Below, piece after piece: positions 10,001 through 19,342 of a stretch of DNA of 64,000 bases; the stretch's first letter is position 1, and each line of letters begins with the position of its first letter. This DNA is from Cyanobacteria bacterium P01_F01_bin.150. Lineage in GTDB: Bacteria; Cyanobacteriota; Cyanobacteriia; CAKZMO01. The DNA is taken from positions 1-64,000 of the forward strand of contig JBCCYL010000001.1 of the NCBI GenBank assembly GCA_039189765.1. Direction: 5' to 3'. A program made the translations under genes and the position numbers. The notes under the pieces are model-generated. The model was given only the letters and a program-made list of their open reading frames with translations. It searched no databases and was not told the DNA's origin.

Positions 10001-11782
10001 TTCAAACTGCTCCCGACTGAGCAGCTTTTCTTCTTCAAATAGCTGGTAGTTCAGCAGCACATAGTCGGTAAACGATTCGGCAAATCGAGCCAAAATATGG
10101 TCCAAAAATCGACTGCGGCGATCGCGATAGGTGGCAGGATCTTCGGCGATCGCAGTCAAATAGTGACTGGAGGGGGATTGAGGGGGGGCTTCTTCCATTC
10201 CTTTGAGAATATTCTCAACCCCAGGAAAATCAATGGCTTGGGTAAAGTAGGTTTTGGGGTCGGGCCGATCCAAGTCCCAGGAAAACAGTTCCCGCACCTG
10301 GGAAAGCTGGGCCAGATAGTTCGCCAATAGCTGGTCAAAAAAGACCAAATATCCCTTAAGCTGCTGAGCCTGAACCTTACGCAGGGCAGACGCTGAATCC
10401 GGCAGTCCGGCTTCGCTAATGCCATAGGTGAGGGGAAATTCATGGTGGATGGAATAGTAGTCGGCCAGATTGTAGTGGCGACCTTTGGGAACGGCTAAAT
10501 CCAGCTCATAGGGGTCGCGGATGGCTTTAATATAGGCCGCTTGCTGCTCATAGTAGCGTCGGGTGACCTCCTCAGTATTGACGGGGGTGGGCAGGTCGCC
10601 CAGGGACAGCCGCACAATCGAGTGTTGAATGCCCAATACTGGACGATAGCCCTCCGTTAGCTGGAGGGTCCAGGGCTGCGCTGGAGACTGGCGCAGATTG
10701 TTGATATAGCTGGAAATACTTAGTTTTTGCACTGCCGCGACTCCTGGGACGTCCAGCAATACCTGGTACAGGTCCGAGGTCTGTAGGCGAGTGGGCGGCT
10801 TTAGGGCAGCTAACTCCTCCGTGTCGATAAAGCCGTGGCTGGGGTAGGGGCGATCGCTCAAGCCTTTATTCCAATAGGGGCGATCGCTATGCTCCAAACT
10901 CATGGGTCGTCCGGCAAAAATCTCCGCCGGACTTTTGCCTTTTTGCACCAGCTCTTGCAGGGTATAGAAGCGCAATCGAGGGGAGAGAAACGCCTGCACC
11001 CGCACATATATGTCTACCAGCACATCTTCCGCATCGGCACCGGATTCGAGTTGAATATCGGTGCAGAGCCCAATCTCTTCTTCTCCTAAAAGCTCAATAT
11101 CATAAATGTCCTCACACAAACTACGGGTACTACATAACACCTGCTTTACCTGATCAATGGTGCTGGACCAGTCACGGGTAAGGTTGCCACAGGTATTTTT
11201 ACGATATTGAGAATCTAAGTCGAGGCAAACGGTATACAGTCCCCTGGGATGGAGTCGAGGAGCCGAGCGTGCGCTTGTTGGCTCGTCAGCCTGCTCGGAT
11301 GGAGCTGGCACCGGATCAAGGGGAGCGTAGCGTAGCTGACGGTTGGGTAAATCAATTTCGATGGCGGGTTCATAGGGAATGGAAATCCTTTCCCTGGTTT
11401 CATCCGGCACCCCAACTTTCTCAAACTGTACATTTCGCACCCCAGGAATATCGATAATCCGCTTACGTAAATCCAGATCCGTAACTGGGTTACAGGTTAG
11501 AACTTCATCTGGAGTAAAAAAGTTATTTTCTCGACTGGCCTGATCTTGGGGATTGAGGGCTAACAGGTCTTGAATATCAAAATTATTGCGGTATCCCAAA
11601 TCCGTAATGGCATAGCACAGAACCTCCAGAATGGTGACCCCTGGATCATGGAGGTTGTAATCGGTCCACAAATCGCTAGAAAGCGCCTGTAACCGAGTAA
11701 TGCCAATATCCCGCAGTACCTGAAAATTCAAGTAGTCGGGAAACGGTGGGTGTTGCTTCGAGATACTGGGATAGTCCGGCAT
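7052..11782 (-). CDS. CIS baseplate/cage protein (Afp12/Cis12-like)
   Basis: 1576 aa. WTDYNLHDPGVTILEVLCYAITDL at the N-terminus; QLKGYLVFFDQLLANY; C-terminal EGFYLVEHILLRP...DPYSFW...RMEAPAHI, all typical Afp12 motifs. Confidence 0.88.
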   Translation of the reverse strand: MPDYPSISKQHPPFPDYLNFQVLRDIGITRLQALSSDLWTDYNLHDPGVTILEVLCYAITDLGYRNNFDIQDLLALNPQDQASRENNFFTPDEVLTCNPVTDLDLRKRIIDIPGVRNVQFEKVGVPDETRERISIPYEPAIEIDLPNRQLRYAPLDPVPAPSEQADEPTSARSAPRLHPRGLYTVCLDLDSQYRKNTCGNLTRDWSSTIDQVKQVLCSTRSLCEDIYDIELLGEEEIGLCTDIQLESGADAEDVLVDIYVRVQAFLSPRLRFYTLQELVQKGKSPAEIFAGRPMSLEHSDRPYWNKGLSDRPYPSHGFIDTEELAALKPPTRLQTSDLYQVLLDVPGVAAVQKLSISSYINNLRQSPAQPWTLQLTEGYRPVLGIQHSIVRLSLGDLPTPVNTEEVTRRYYEQQAAYIKAIRDPYELDLAVPKGRHYNLADYYSIHHEFPLTYGISEAGLPDSASALRKVQAQQLKGYLVFFDQLLANYLAQLSQVRELFSWDLDRPDPKTYFTQAIDFPGVENILKGMEEAPPQSPSSHYLTAIAEDPATYRDRRSRFLDHILARFAESFTDYVLLNYQLFEEEKLLSREQFEQQTIEEKTRFFRNYPLLSHDRFRAFNYCACDNNDVWNTDNVSGFQRRMASLLGIQNSRRRDLNHYHVEPVSGSVLSVRCSASGPSLVTAAYKSKADALAHREELLRFLLHECFYARLTYESFYQYGLEVRCSIEGEAIAFLYDRYFSSRLERQQTFNRLLAYLNASLKQEDGQLQNDLPISLSAIRAGDLWHIQLIIPHTLLGTNSDANSGTNSDAGNITIAAPIRFISGQTYGSESEANNAAGETLQNELLTAICQPQRYCGVVLLEDDGSQKNNEVPKAFPYYGYALKNAAGEVIAEPSLIDHDGEPLKGTLGLSINSAYRFSSKAARDLALQQWLCHIEANQERFEFQVLPDLEEEGKWLFKLVDLAAQSEDSLEGEFCSVEAYPTAQAAWDAATTAAESLRYRSRYSDRTASAEKPSIGITDGDGTVLMESSTDETLDRLFRQFNNLECFLHIEAVEVPVQDAVVIPFALPEPSSETTETTTQYRYQVRLERIQKQHDPTDGDQQAGAESTILLQSIDTYPDEETACDRFYQDVLAVLFEPGVICPIQDQETFGFRLLSQPRNAGSAVAENAQSYGTAEDRDAALETLLIHVRTARYAIAIQPLTHVLPIYTPVDKAAPNNLDANSSAPNSSVPNSSAPNSSEANASEDNSSESNSSEAEAPVPLYTGQIRANGTLLLEGQRGYLDPDIGWKHGDTLMELIQERQNFRTIRGNGVYGWELTNAGKDEIWARRYFSCEQDSTDAIDNLQRWVNDEGFYLVEHILLRPRSQQIVLAQEDSAQTAQTETAKTPETPVAAVLPQLTREEITREEITREETGETPTSHDQELDGFLPIIVRPNDSQYPVTDPDRLARQDPYSFWVTIVLPYWPKRFRNVDFRRFVERTLRMEAPAHIALKIAWVNVYQLHQFQTAYQPWLQNLAQYTCEGTACDLTRSLNQLLQILPRLRNVYPKATLHNCDQNRPGDSPILLNRTAIGTAND

Positions 11783-11889
11783 GGGCTTTGGTTAAACGGG
11801 GGATATTATCTTTGTTGATGGTCTATGAGAAGGATGGTTTATGGGAGCGATCGCGTAGGTTTGGTTGCGAAAAAAGACAAAAGCTGACC

Positions 11890-12018
11890 CACCCCCTAAC
11901 CCCCTCCTTGGAGGGAGGATCGGCATGTAGCAAAGACTCCAGTGATCTCCGGCTCCCCTCTCGGGAGGGGCCAGGGGTGGGTTCCGACTCCCCTCTCGGG
12001 AGGGGCCAGGGGTGGGTT
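11890..12018. repeat. Intergenic cluster of CCCCTCNNGGGAGGGG-CCAGGGGTGGGTT palindromic repeats
   Basis: Two direct copies of CTCCCCTCTCGGGAGGGGCCAGGGGTGGGTTCCG plus an inverted related copy. Confidence 0.8.
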
Positions 12019-12049
12019 CCGGACAAAGAGTTTGTATGGATAATCATCA

Positions 12050-12544
12050 TTAGCCCACTCCAAACACAAGGTGATACAGGTAATTGAGCAGCCAGCCGAT
12101 CCCAAGAATGCCGACCGCAACGGTGAGCACGTTAAGCTGAAAGTCCACCCGCTGCCATCGATCCTCCATTAGTTTTTTATGGGCTTGGAAGTCAGTGCAG
12201 AGCTGTTCTAACTCAGTGCGAAGAGCAGCGACCTTCTTCTCCAAATCCTCAAGTATGGAGGTCCAATCATCTCCCACACCGGGTTCTTTACCCTCTTCTC
12301 CACACACTTCTTTATCGGCAGTCATTTCCCACAGGGATTTTTTGTAGTAGACGACATCGCCTTTGCGATAGGTGTAGCCTGCTTTCCAATGCCCATGAAA
12401 TTGATCATCCCGCTTGTTGAGGGTGGAGTGGATTAATAGGGCAAAATGGGTTTCCGACAGCCGGATACGATTTTGAAACGTACGTTTTAGCGCATTACGG
12501 CTTGCAAGCTGGTCGCTTCTAACATGGGATTCCGCTGCATTCAT
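12050..12544 (-). CDS. Short tail-fibre-like protein (Afp13/Cis13 position) with carbohydrate-binding-like motif, coiled coil and C-terminal TM helix
   Basis: 164 aa. RNALKRTFQNRIRLSETHFALLIHSTLNKRDD resembles the CIS fibre baseplate-attachment N-terminus; WKAGYTYRKGDVVYYKKSLWE resembles CBM5/12; hydrophobic VLTVAVGILGIGWLLNYLYHLVF at the C-terminus. Confidence 0.6.
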   Translation of the reverse strand: MNAAESHVRSDQLASRNALKRTFQNRIRLSETHFALLIHSTLNKRDDQFHGHWKAGYTYRKGDVVYYKKSLWEMTADKEVCGEEGKEPGVGDDWTSILEDLEKKVAALRTELEQLCTDFQAHKKLMEDRWQRVDFQLNVLTVAVGILGIGWLLNYLYHLVFGVG

Positions 12545-12555
12545 GGGGTTGCCTC

Positions 12556-15500
12556 TTACTCATTACCGGATTCTTCAGGGTCTGGGCCAATAATCAAGTT
12601 GTCCAATACTTCATAGCCCAATATTCCTGGCTTAAGGGGAACATTGGGGGCCAATGCCTGCTCTTTGTGTTCTGTGATAATGTGGCCCATCGTCGAATTA
12701 TCGTAGGGGACCGACGTCAGGACAGAACGGGCGGTGGAGGCGATCGCCTCCCGCACATTCGTTTGCTTATTGTGAAACATGGTGAAATTAACCACATAGT
12801 CAACATACTCCTGCTCTTCAACAAAATTAAGAATGGCGGAACGATAGACTTTGCCGCCAAAGTGAATATCAGCCCCCTGATCCACAGTCCAGGGCGTCAA
12901 AAAGCCGACAATGGCTCGCTCCAATTCCCGGCGGTAATAGCCAAAGTTAGCGGCAAAGGGCGATCGAAATTTCACCTCAAACGACACTCGAATTGGCTCA
13001 TACTGGGGATTAACCACTTTAACCGTGGCCCAAGAGCTGCTCAAAGAGGTTAGATAGGCTTCAATGGCCTGGAGCCGATTAATATTGACCTTGGGCTGCA
13101 AATCATCGGTGGTTGACCGTTGGGCCAGGTCTGGAATCACTGCCATCGTTACCGCTCCGGGGGCCAGCTCAAATAATTCATTCGTGCCATCATCAAACTG
13201 ACCGTGATTCAGGCAGCGCACCTTGTAAATATCCGGGAATTGTTCCAGCACCAGGCGCTCGTAGTCAAAAATCGTCACCGCCCGTCCCTTATGACGCAGA
13301 TGCTCACTTACGCGGGTGTAGAACTGGCTGGGGGGTTCCTGGACCCGACCATCCACGGATGCGTAGGGCTGCTCAATGCCCTTAATGGCCGCTTGAGGCT
13401 TCTCCAGCTTGGCGATGCTTCCCGCAGGCAGGGGCTGGGCTAAATGGCTGGGGTCGTTGCCGCTATCCATAAAGGTCACCCGTGCTGCTTGGGGATGCAC
13501 GCCGATAATATGGCAGACCGTACGGCTGCGAGCAGGCATACTGACTTTGATCCAGTGGAGAGTGGGGTCGAGAATGGTGGTCTTTGCCTTACTAATATCT
13601 TCTGGAATCCCGAGGTTAACAATGCCGGAACGGATCAGGCCGTTGGTGGTATCAGAGGAAATGCGATCGCCCAAGGACTCCCAACTATTGTCCTTCAAAT
13701 AAAACCACATGGGCTTAAACTCCTCCGTCCGCCGCAGCCCCGTATCAGCGGTTTCTTCTGCTACCTGAAATAGCAGGGGCAGAGCCGTAGGTGGGTCCAA
13801 ATCGGCAATCCCAATCAGCAATTCCCCCTCGTTAGTAAATTGGGGGAACAAAGGATAGGGCGCGTCTTCAGAGATCGCCTCAAAGCCGCCGAAAGGATGA
13901 AGCTGAAAGAGTTGAACGTCGGCCAGTTTAGCTTGGGCAGTATATCCCAAAGCAAGGGACCGAATCGTCGGAGTGTAAGGCTCTTTGATTGTAATTGGGG
14001 CAACAGTTATAGGAGGATCCTCGGTATTGTTATTTTCAGGGAAACTGCCTGACGTTTGAATGCTGTACCGTTGTAACGTCGGCGATGCGCCAGCAATTTC
14101 ATAGACCGCATTGTTGACAAAATCATTGGCCTGAAAGTTTTTGGCTGCGGCCAACGTCTGAGTGGCAAATTTGGTTGGAAATTCATCATGTAAAAAACTG
14201 CGATCCAGCACAAACTGTAAAAACCCGCCTGTTGTTTCTGGTGTAAAGGTCGTAAACGGCTCCAGGAGTTCTCCAGGCAGCGGCTCTTGGGACCCATTTC
14301 GCTCAATCAGGGTTTGTTGCTCGGGTGGATTAACGAGTGGATCAAAGAGTTTGTAGGGCGTTTGAATCCCGTCATCTGACCACGTTCGCTTTGTGCGTCG
14401 GCTGACGGTCGCTGAAAAATTTTCAAAATAGGCGGGAGCTTTAGCCATGTCCTCGTCTAGAGTGGTCACGACCTGTTCGCCATTCAAATAATAGCCACGG
14501 TAATGCTTAACAAAGTTTCCTCCCTCAGGTAGTTCATCCCATTCAATGCCAATGGTGAGTTTGGTAAGAGGTTTTTGGAATACTTCTTGACTACCGATAT
14601 ACAACGTCGAACCTGCTTTTGGACGAGGACCAAACGGCTGAAAGGGTTTGGTGGCATCCTGGACGCCAGCATCCGTCTGCACCACAAGGTTACGAACCTC
14701 AGAAACGTCTGTGGTTATCGTTAGATCTGTTAGCCGAACGCCCCGTAGATAGTGATAGATCGATCGCCCCTCTGAATCAATCGCACGGGTGGTAAGCTGA
14801 ATCCGCAATACGGGCATGGACCGCTCCAGGGTCAATGGCAGGTTGGGTACATCCGGATCAAACGGAATCGGCTTTTCCAGGTCGTAGGGAAGGACTGGCT
14901 CCACTTCAGCCGGTAACTCCACTCCAATCGTTAAGGTTGAATTGCTTCCGTTCCAAGTAACAGATTTAATAAATGCAGGAGATTCATCGTCTAGGGAGGT
15001 TTTGCTTGCTGCCTTAATCCACTCCTTTTCGCCACTCAGATAAATTTCAAAGGACTGTTTCAGCGCTTCCTTTACTGGTTCGAGATCCTGGAAGACATCC
15101 CCCAGGGATAGCGCCAGGGTAATGGTCCGGACTCCCTCTTGGAGCAGCAGCACATCGGAGGCGATCGCCACTCCCAGTTGAGCCGGACTGCCCTGGAGCA
15201 ACTGGGAACGTTCCATTTGAGTGGTTTGGCTAGTGGGAACCCGAGGACCACCAAAGGGAAGCCATGCTTGTACGACCTGATCTTTTGGAAAATCGCCCCC
15301 TTGACCATCGGCAGAGTTGGCGATAGGAGACTCTAGTAGCTGCACAATATCCGTCGGCACCTGATCGGAAAACTGATCGGAAAACTGCTTAGAGTCGAGA
15401 AACAGCCCCTTAAGGCTAGCAATGGTGGCTTTATGCACCACCATATCCTGATCCAACGCATAAAATAGCTCAACCCCCATCGCATCTTTGCCCGCTTTAA

Positions 15501-16638
15501 AGCGGGTTCCTGCGACTAGCCGATACTCCCGCTGGGGCTTCGCCAGTTCAAACAGTAAATGAACGTAGTCAGGAGTAGCGGGACGAGCGGGTAGATTTAA
15601 AACCTGCCGGTAGAAGAAATCCAGATGCCGCTGGGTCATCCGATTAAGGTCATCCCTCGCGGGCTGTAGCACATCCAGCATGGCCACATACATGGCGAGG
15701 TGGGGGGGATGGTCGCGGCGATCGCTCAAGCTGGTATCCAGAAAGGTGGGCGCTTGAAGAATTATTTGGCGAAACACCTGAAACAGATCCTGAAAGATCC
15801 CATCAATCTCACTGTGCAGATCCGCTTCGACAGAGACACGGGATCCTGTGGCAAAAGGAACGCCAGGGTCTGGAACGGGTGGCAGTTGAAACAGTTCTGT
15901 AAACACTCCATAAAAGGCAATATTCGGTATGAGGGCGTATACGAGGCTAGCAAACCAACAATCGATTAATGTTGGGTTAATGGACGCATTCGTGGTGCGA
16001 TCGCGTTGCAGTATGACAAACCATGTCCACCACAGCGCCAGTAGGGCTGAGCGAGCATTCATCTTCTCTGGTTCACATGTTTGCTCAAGGACAATGATTT
16101 GATTAATGGAGTCACCCAAGTTGGTGTTTACTAGACCTTTAATCGTCGCTCGAAATGGGGTACGAATCTCCAACGTCTCATACCAGATCTGAATAGGTAT
16201 TAATATAGACGTCTGCCAAAAGGTGAGAATCGGAATAAGAGTTTTACAGTTAGGTCGTTCTAGAAACAAGTTAAATAAATTATCGTAGTTGCGCCTAACG
16301 GCTTGAGGCCTCGTCTTACTAATTAGGGCAATTTGCACAGGGGTATAATCTACAAAAAAGTCCCGCCAATTTCCATCGTGCCACGATGCTAATGGATGGG
16401 CCGAAACTTTACTGGTGGCTCTATTGCTTGATGAGTTTGACGGTTGAGTGCCACAGACTTTGTAGTAATGAACGTGTTCGCTTAACCGATGAGCCAGCAC
16501 TAAAAAGTCAGCCAGTTCCCGCTCGTCCACCTGGGCCGCATGGGTTGCATCAGGGGAAAGCGCTGGGGTCAAGCGCTGGCGTTGACTCACCCCATCACGG
16601 CGCAACGGATTTTTGGGTAAGTTGGGACGATTGTTCAT
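12556..16638 (-). CDS. CIS baseplate J-like protein (Afp11/Cis11-like)
   Basis: 1360 aa. RDGVSQRQR, HPPHLA...TQRHLDFFYRQVL, F.PFG..PK.GS.LYIG, RVSEHLRHKGRAVTIFDYERLVLEQFP. Confidence 0.9.
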   Translation of the reverse strand: MNNRPNLPKNPLRRDGVSQRQRLTPALSPDATHAAQVDERELADFLVLAHRLSEHVHYYKVCGTQPSNSSSNRATSKVSAHPLASWHDGNWRDFFVDYTPVQIALISKTRPQAVRRNYDNLFNLFLERPNCKTLIPILTFWQTSILIPIQIWYETLEIRTPFRATIKGLVNTNLGDSINQIIVLEQTCEPEKMNARSALLALWWTWFVILQRDRTTNASINPTLIDCWFASLVYALIPNIAFYGVFTELFQLPPVPDPGVPFATGSRVSVEADLHSEIDGIFQDLFQVFRQIILQAPTFLDTSLSDRRDHPPHLAMYVAMLDVLQPARDDLNRMTQRHLDFFYRQVLNLPARPATPDYVHLLFELAKPQREYRLVAGTRFKAGKDAMGVELFYALDQDMVVHKATIASLKGLFLDSKQFSDQFSDQVPTDIVQLLESPIANSADGQGGDFPKDQVVQAWLPFGGPRVPTSQTTQMERSQLLQGSPAQLGVAIASDVLLLQEGVRTITLALSLGDVFQDLEPVKEALKQSFEIYLSGEKEWIKAASKTSLDDESPAFIKSVTWNGSNSTLTIGVELPAEVEPVLPYDLEKPIPFDPDVPNLPLTLERSMPVLRIQLTTRAIDSEGRSIYHYLRGVRLTDLTITTDVSEVRNLVVQTDAGVQDATKPFQPFGPRPKAGSTLYIGSQEVFQKPLTKLTIGIEWDELPEGGNFVKHYRGYYLNGEQVVTTLDEDMAKAPAYFENFSATVSRRTKRTWSDDGIQTPYKLFDPLVNPPEQQTLIERNGSQEPLPGELLEPFTTFTPETTGGFLQFVLDRSFLHDEFPTKFATQTLAAAKNFQANDFVNNAVYEIAGASPTLQRYSIQTSGSFPENNNTEDPPITVAPITIKEPYTPTIRSLALGYTAQAKLADVQLFQLHPFGGFEAISEDAPYPLFPQFTNEGELLIGIADLDPPTALPLLFQVAEETADTGLRRTEEFKPMWFYLKDNSWESLGDRISSDTTNGLIRSGIVNLGIPEDISKAKTTILDPTLHWIKVSMPARSRTVCHIIGVHPQAARVTFMDSGNDPSHLAQPLPAGSIAKLEKPQAAIKGIEQPYASVDGRVQEPPSQFYTRVSEHLRHKGRAVTIFDYERLVLEQFPDIYKVRCLNHGQFDDGTNELFELAPGAVTMAVIPDLAQRSTTDDLQPKVNINRLQAIEAYLTSLSSSWATVKVVNPQYEPIRVSFEVKFRSPFAANFGYYRRELERAIVGFLTPWTVDQGADIHFGGKVYRSAILNFVEEQEYVDYVVNFTMFHNKQTNVREAIASTARSVLTSVPYDNSTMGHIITEHKEQALAPNVPLKPGILGYEVLDNLIIGPDPEESGNE

Positions 16639-16679
16639 AACGGGCTAGGGTATGACAGGCTAATTCATAACGGGCTAAT

Positions 16680-17117
16680 TTATGATTCATTGGGGACTGG
16701 CAGCAATGCGCCGCTGCCCTCTTGGATATAGAAAGGATACACAGCGTTAAATCGAGAGTTGGTGCTAATAATGGTGTAGTCCACCTCAATCAGCACAATC
16801 CCCTCCAGTTGGTCATCAAGGCTGAGGTCGAGGCGATTTACGCGAATTCTTGGCTCGTGGTACAAAATAGCAGTACGCACCTGCTCCTTAATATTGCTGG
16901 CCACAGTAGGGGTCAGGGCTTCAAACACCAGGTCGGTTAAATCACAGCCATAGGTCGGCTGCATCACTCGTTCCCGTAGACGGGTGGATAGGAGAATCTG
17001 GAGACTTTGATGAATATCCTCCTCCGCACTGACCAACTGCACCCGTCGAGCTTCGCGCTCAAAGGTGGGGGGAAAACTCCAGCCAGTGCCTAAATAGGCT
17101 CTACGGTCTTCATTCAT
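16680..17117 (-). CDS. GPW/gp25 baseplate wedge protein (Afp9-like)
   Basis: LGTGWSFPP...EEDIHQSLQILLSTRLRERVMQPTYGC...HEPRI...YPFY gp25 signature. Confidence 0.92.
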   Translation of the reverse strand: MNEDRRAYLGTGWSFPPTFEREARRVQLVSAEEDIHQSLQILLSTRLRERVMQPTYGCDLTDLVFEALTPTVASNIKEQVRTAILYHEPRIRVNRLDLSLDDQLEGIVLIEVDYTIISTNSRFNAVYPFYIQEGSGALLPVPNES

Positions 17118-17119
17118 GG

Positions 17120-17413
17120 TTATCCTCCAATCAGCACCGTAAACTCTCCCAACACAATGGCCCCACCGTGGGCCGTACTATCGCCTAAGCGGGCCGCAGG
17201 CTTACCTCCAATTAAGACGGTGGCCGAGCCCAGGATAATCGTGTCCGGTGGTCCCACACAGGTGCAGCTATCGCCCATCACCGCTGCGGGGAGTCCCCCA
17301 ATCAACACGGTGGGCACCCCTGGTCCAATGACGGGTCCCCCCACATGGGGCACTAAAGCCGTCACCATTGGACACACATGCATATCTGTAATTCGAGCAG
17401 CGGGTTTTCCCAT
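17120..17413 (-). CDS. PAAR-domain spike tip (Afp10-like)
   Basis: KPAARITDMHVCP...PAAVMGD...KPAARLGDSTAHGG; 97 aa with no C-terminal extension. Confidence 0.95.
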   Translation of the reverse strand: MGKPAARITDMHVCPMVTALVPHVGGPVIGPGVPTVLIGGLPAAVMGDSCTCVGPPDTIILGSATVLIGGKPAARLGDSTAHGGAIVLGEFTVLIGG

Positions 17414-17482
17414 AGGTCAGTTTTTTGTAATTTGAGCTTGGTTAATTTGGGCTTAGTTAATTTGGGCTTAGTTAATTTGGGC

Positions 17483-19252
17483 TTAATTAATTTGGACTAA
17501 CGACCCTTTCAGAACAGCGACCCCACTGGTGGAAAGCTCAGCCCCCGCACTCCCTTCGGCCTTAAACTGAGCGTTGGCCGTAGCGTTTACGTTGAGGCCC
17601 TCAATGGTGACCTCTTGAGCGGCCTTTAGGGTTAAACTGCCGGTCGCATCCAGAATGATATCCTTGGGGCTGGTTAGGCTAATGCCGCTATCGTCCAGGG
17701 TGACAGTGTTGCCGTTTTGGTCCGACAGCTTAATGCCCTTGTCTTCATCGGAAATCACAATTTTGTTGCCCCCTGGCGTTTCCAGGGTCATACTGGGCTG
17801 TTCATCGTCAAAAAGCAGCTTCATCTCAGAGCGGGTATAGATGCCTTTTTGAAAATTGTCTTGGGTAGGCGTAATCGGGGCTGGTTTTTGACTGCTGTGT
17901 AGAAGACCCAACACCACCGGATCGCGGGGGTCATCGTTGAGGAATCCTAGAATCACCTCATCGTCCACTTCGGGGCGGAAAAAGGTGCCTCGATTGTTTC
18001 CCGCATCCAGCGCCGCCACCCGTGCCCAAATCCCCTCAGAGTCATTATCGAGGGTGGGAATTTTGATCCTAATCCGGTCTTCGCCGTTGGGATCGTCATG
18101 GATTTGAACCACGATCCCAATTTGTAAGCCACTGACGCCGGGCAATAGTCCAGATGCAGGCTTTTCTACAATATCCTCCTTTTTGTAGAACCACCGGGGT
18201 GGCAGGCCCAATTGGAGATGGGTAAACCAAGAGCCGTTGGTCATTTCGTGGCGAATACCGGACACATAAACCTGACCGTTAAAGCGATCGCCCATCCCCC
18301 TTAGCTCTACCAACACATCCGGCTTGGCTTCGGCATAGCCCGTGACCTTAACGCGCCCCTGAATTTTTCCCAGTCGACTTTTCAACAATTGAGCATCGGC
18401 CCACGCTTGCAGTTCCTGCTGATCCAGTTCACCACTGTGACGCAGCTCCCATGTGGGCAAATCAATCACCCCAGCCAGATCTTGGCTGGACAAATTCCCC
18501 ACCGTACTGACCGCTGGCTCCGCCCCCTCCGCTTCCACCAATGCCTGATTTGCATAGCTCCAGGCACTGGCCTTAACCGCCTTATATTGCAAACGGGCAT
18601 CCATTTCCGCTTCAAATTCCAGCAAATTAGCCCCAAACGTGAGAGTAATCTCAGAGGAGCCGCTAGTGGTGGGAGGCTTAACCTTCAGGCCACCACTGTT
18701 GGCCAGAGCAATATAGCCATTCATTTCTGCCCGTGACAGAATAAAGTCCCAATCGGTGGCGTAATGCTGCACGATATTAGGGTGGGTCAATGCGGTCGAT
18801 TCTACGGTGCTGGATAGGCCACGATCGCCTAAAACTTGTTCAATCGCATCGCTATCCGACGATTCCAGAAAGTAGCGATTGTGCCGCCCCACCGTCAGCT
18901 TCACCGCTTTATCCTTACACTCCACCATTAGCACCGGATTGCCATCGCGACCCACTTTGACGGATTGCTTTACGATAATCCCTTGAAATGCCCGCTGGTC
19001 CTGACTATCGTGCCCCAGGGCAATTTCGATTTCTTTGCCTGGAATTAAATCGTCGCCAGAGCTAGCATCAAAGCTCTCCGCCGCTGCTGAACCGTCCCGT
19101 AGCGTCAGCCTAGCCGTAGGGATACGATTGACCTCTCGATTAATCACAAACGAGAGCACCTGATAGGTATTGGCAATATCTGTTCCCTCCGACAGCAGCT
19201 TAAAGGTCACCGTATCGTAGGTTGAGTCGCGGGGGATAACACGTTCATTCAT
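17483..19252 (-). CDS. vgrG: VgrG-like spike protein (Afp8-like)
   Basis: QHYATDWDFILSRAE, gp5 OB-fold motif FFRPEVDDEVILGFLNDDPRDPVVLG, and a C-terminal beta-helix. Confidence 0.92.
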   Translation of the reverse strand: MNERVIPRDSTYDTVTFKLLSEGTDIANTYQVLSFVINREVNRIPTARLTLRDGSAAAESFDASSGDDLIPGKEIEIALGHDSQDQRAFQGIIVKQSVKVGRDGNPVLMVECKDKAVKLTVGRHNRYFLESSDSDAIEQVLGDRGLSSTVESTALTHPNIVQHYATDWDFILSRAEMNGYIALANSGGLKVKPPTTSGSSEITLTFGANLLEFEAEMDARLQYKAVKASAWSYANQALVEAEGAEPAVSTVGNLSSQDLAGVIDLPTWELRHSGELDQQELQAWADAQLLKSRLGKIQGRVKVTGYAEAKPDVLVELRGMGDRFNGQVYVSGIRHEMTNGSWFTHLQLGLPPRWFYKKEDIVEKPASGLLPGVSGLQIGIVVQIHDDPNGEDRIRIKIPTLDNDSEGIWARVAALDAGNNRGTFFRPEVDDEVILGFLNDDPRDPVVLGLLHSSQKPAPITPTQDNFQKGIYTRSEMKLLFDDEQPSMTLETPGGNKIVISDEDKGIKLSDQNGNTVTLDDSGISLTSPKDIILDATGSLTLKAAQEVTIEGLNVNATANAQFKAEGSAGAELSTSGVAVLKGSLVQIN

Positions 19253-19342
19253 AGCTTGTTATATCGCTTGTTATATTGCTTGTTATATGGGGCTTGTTCA
19301 TGCCTTGTCTTGCTGGAACGACCGCTTGCCAAGATGGCCGGA

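Noticed and set aside
11746..12120. Short ORFs 11746..12087, 11823..12050 and 11896..12120
   Set aside because: They are translations of intergenic palindromic repeats with no protein-like features.
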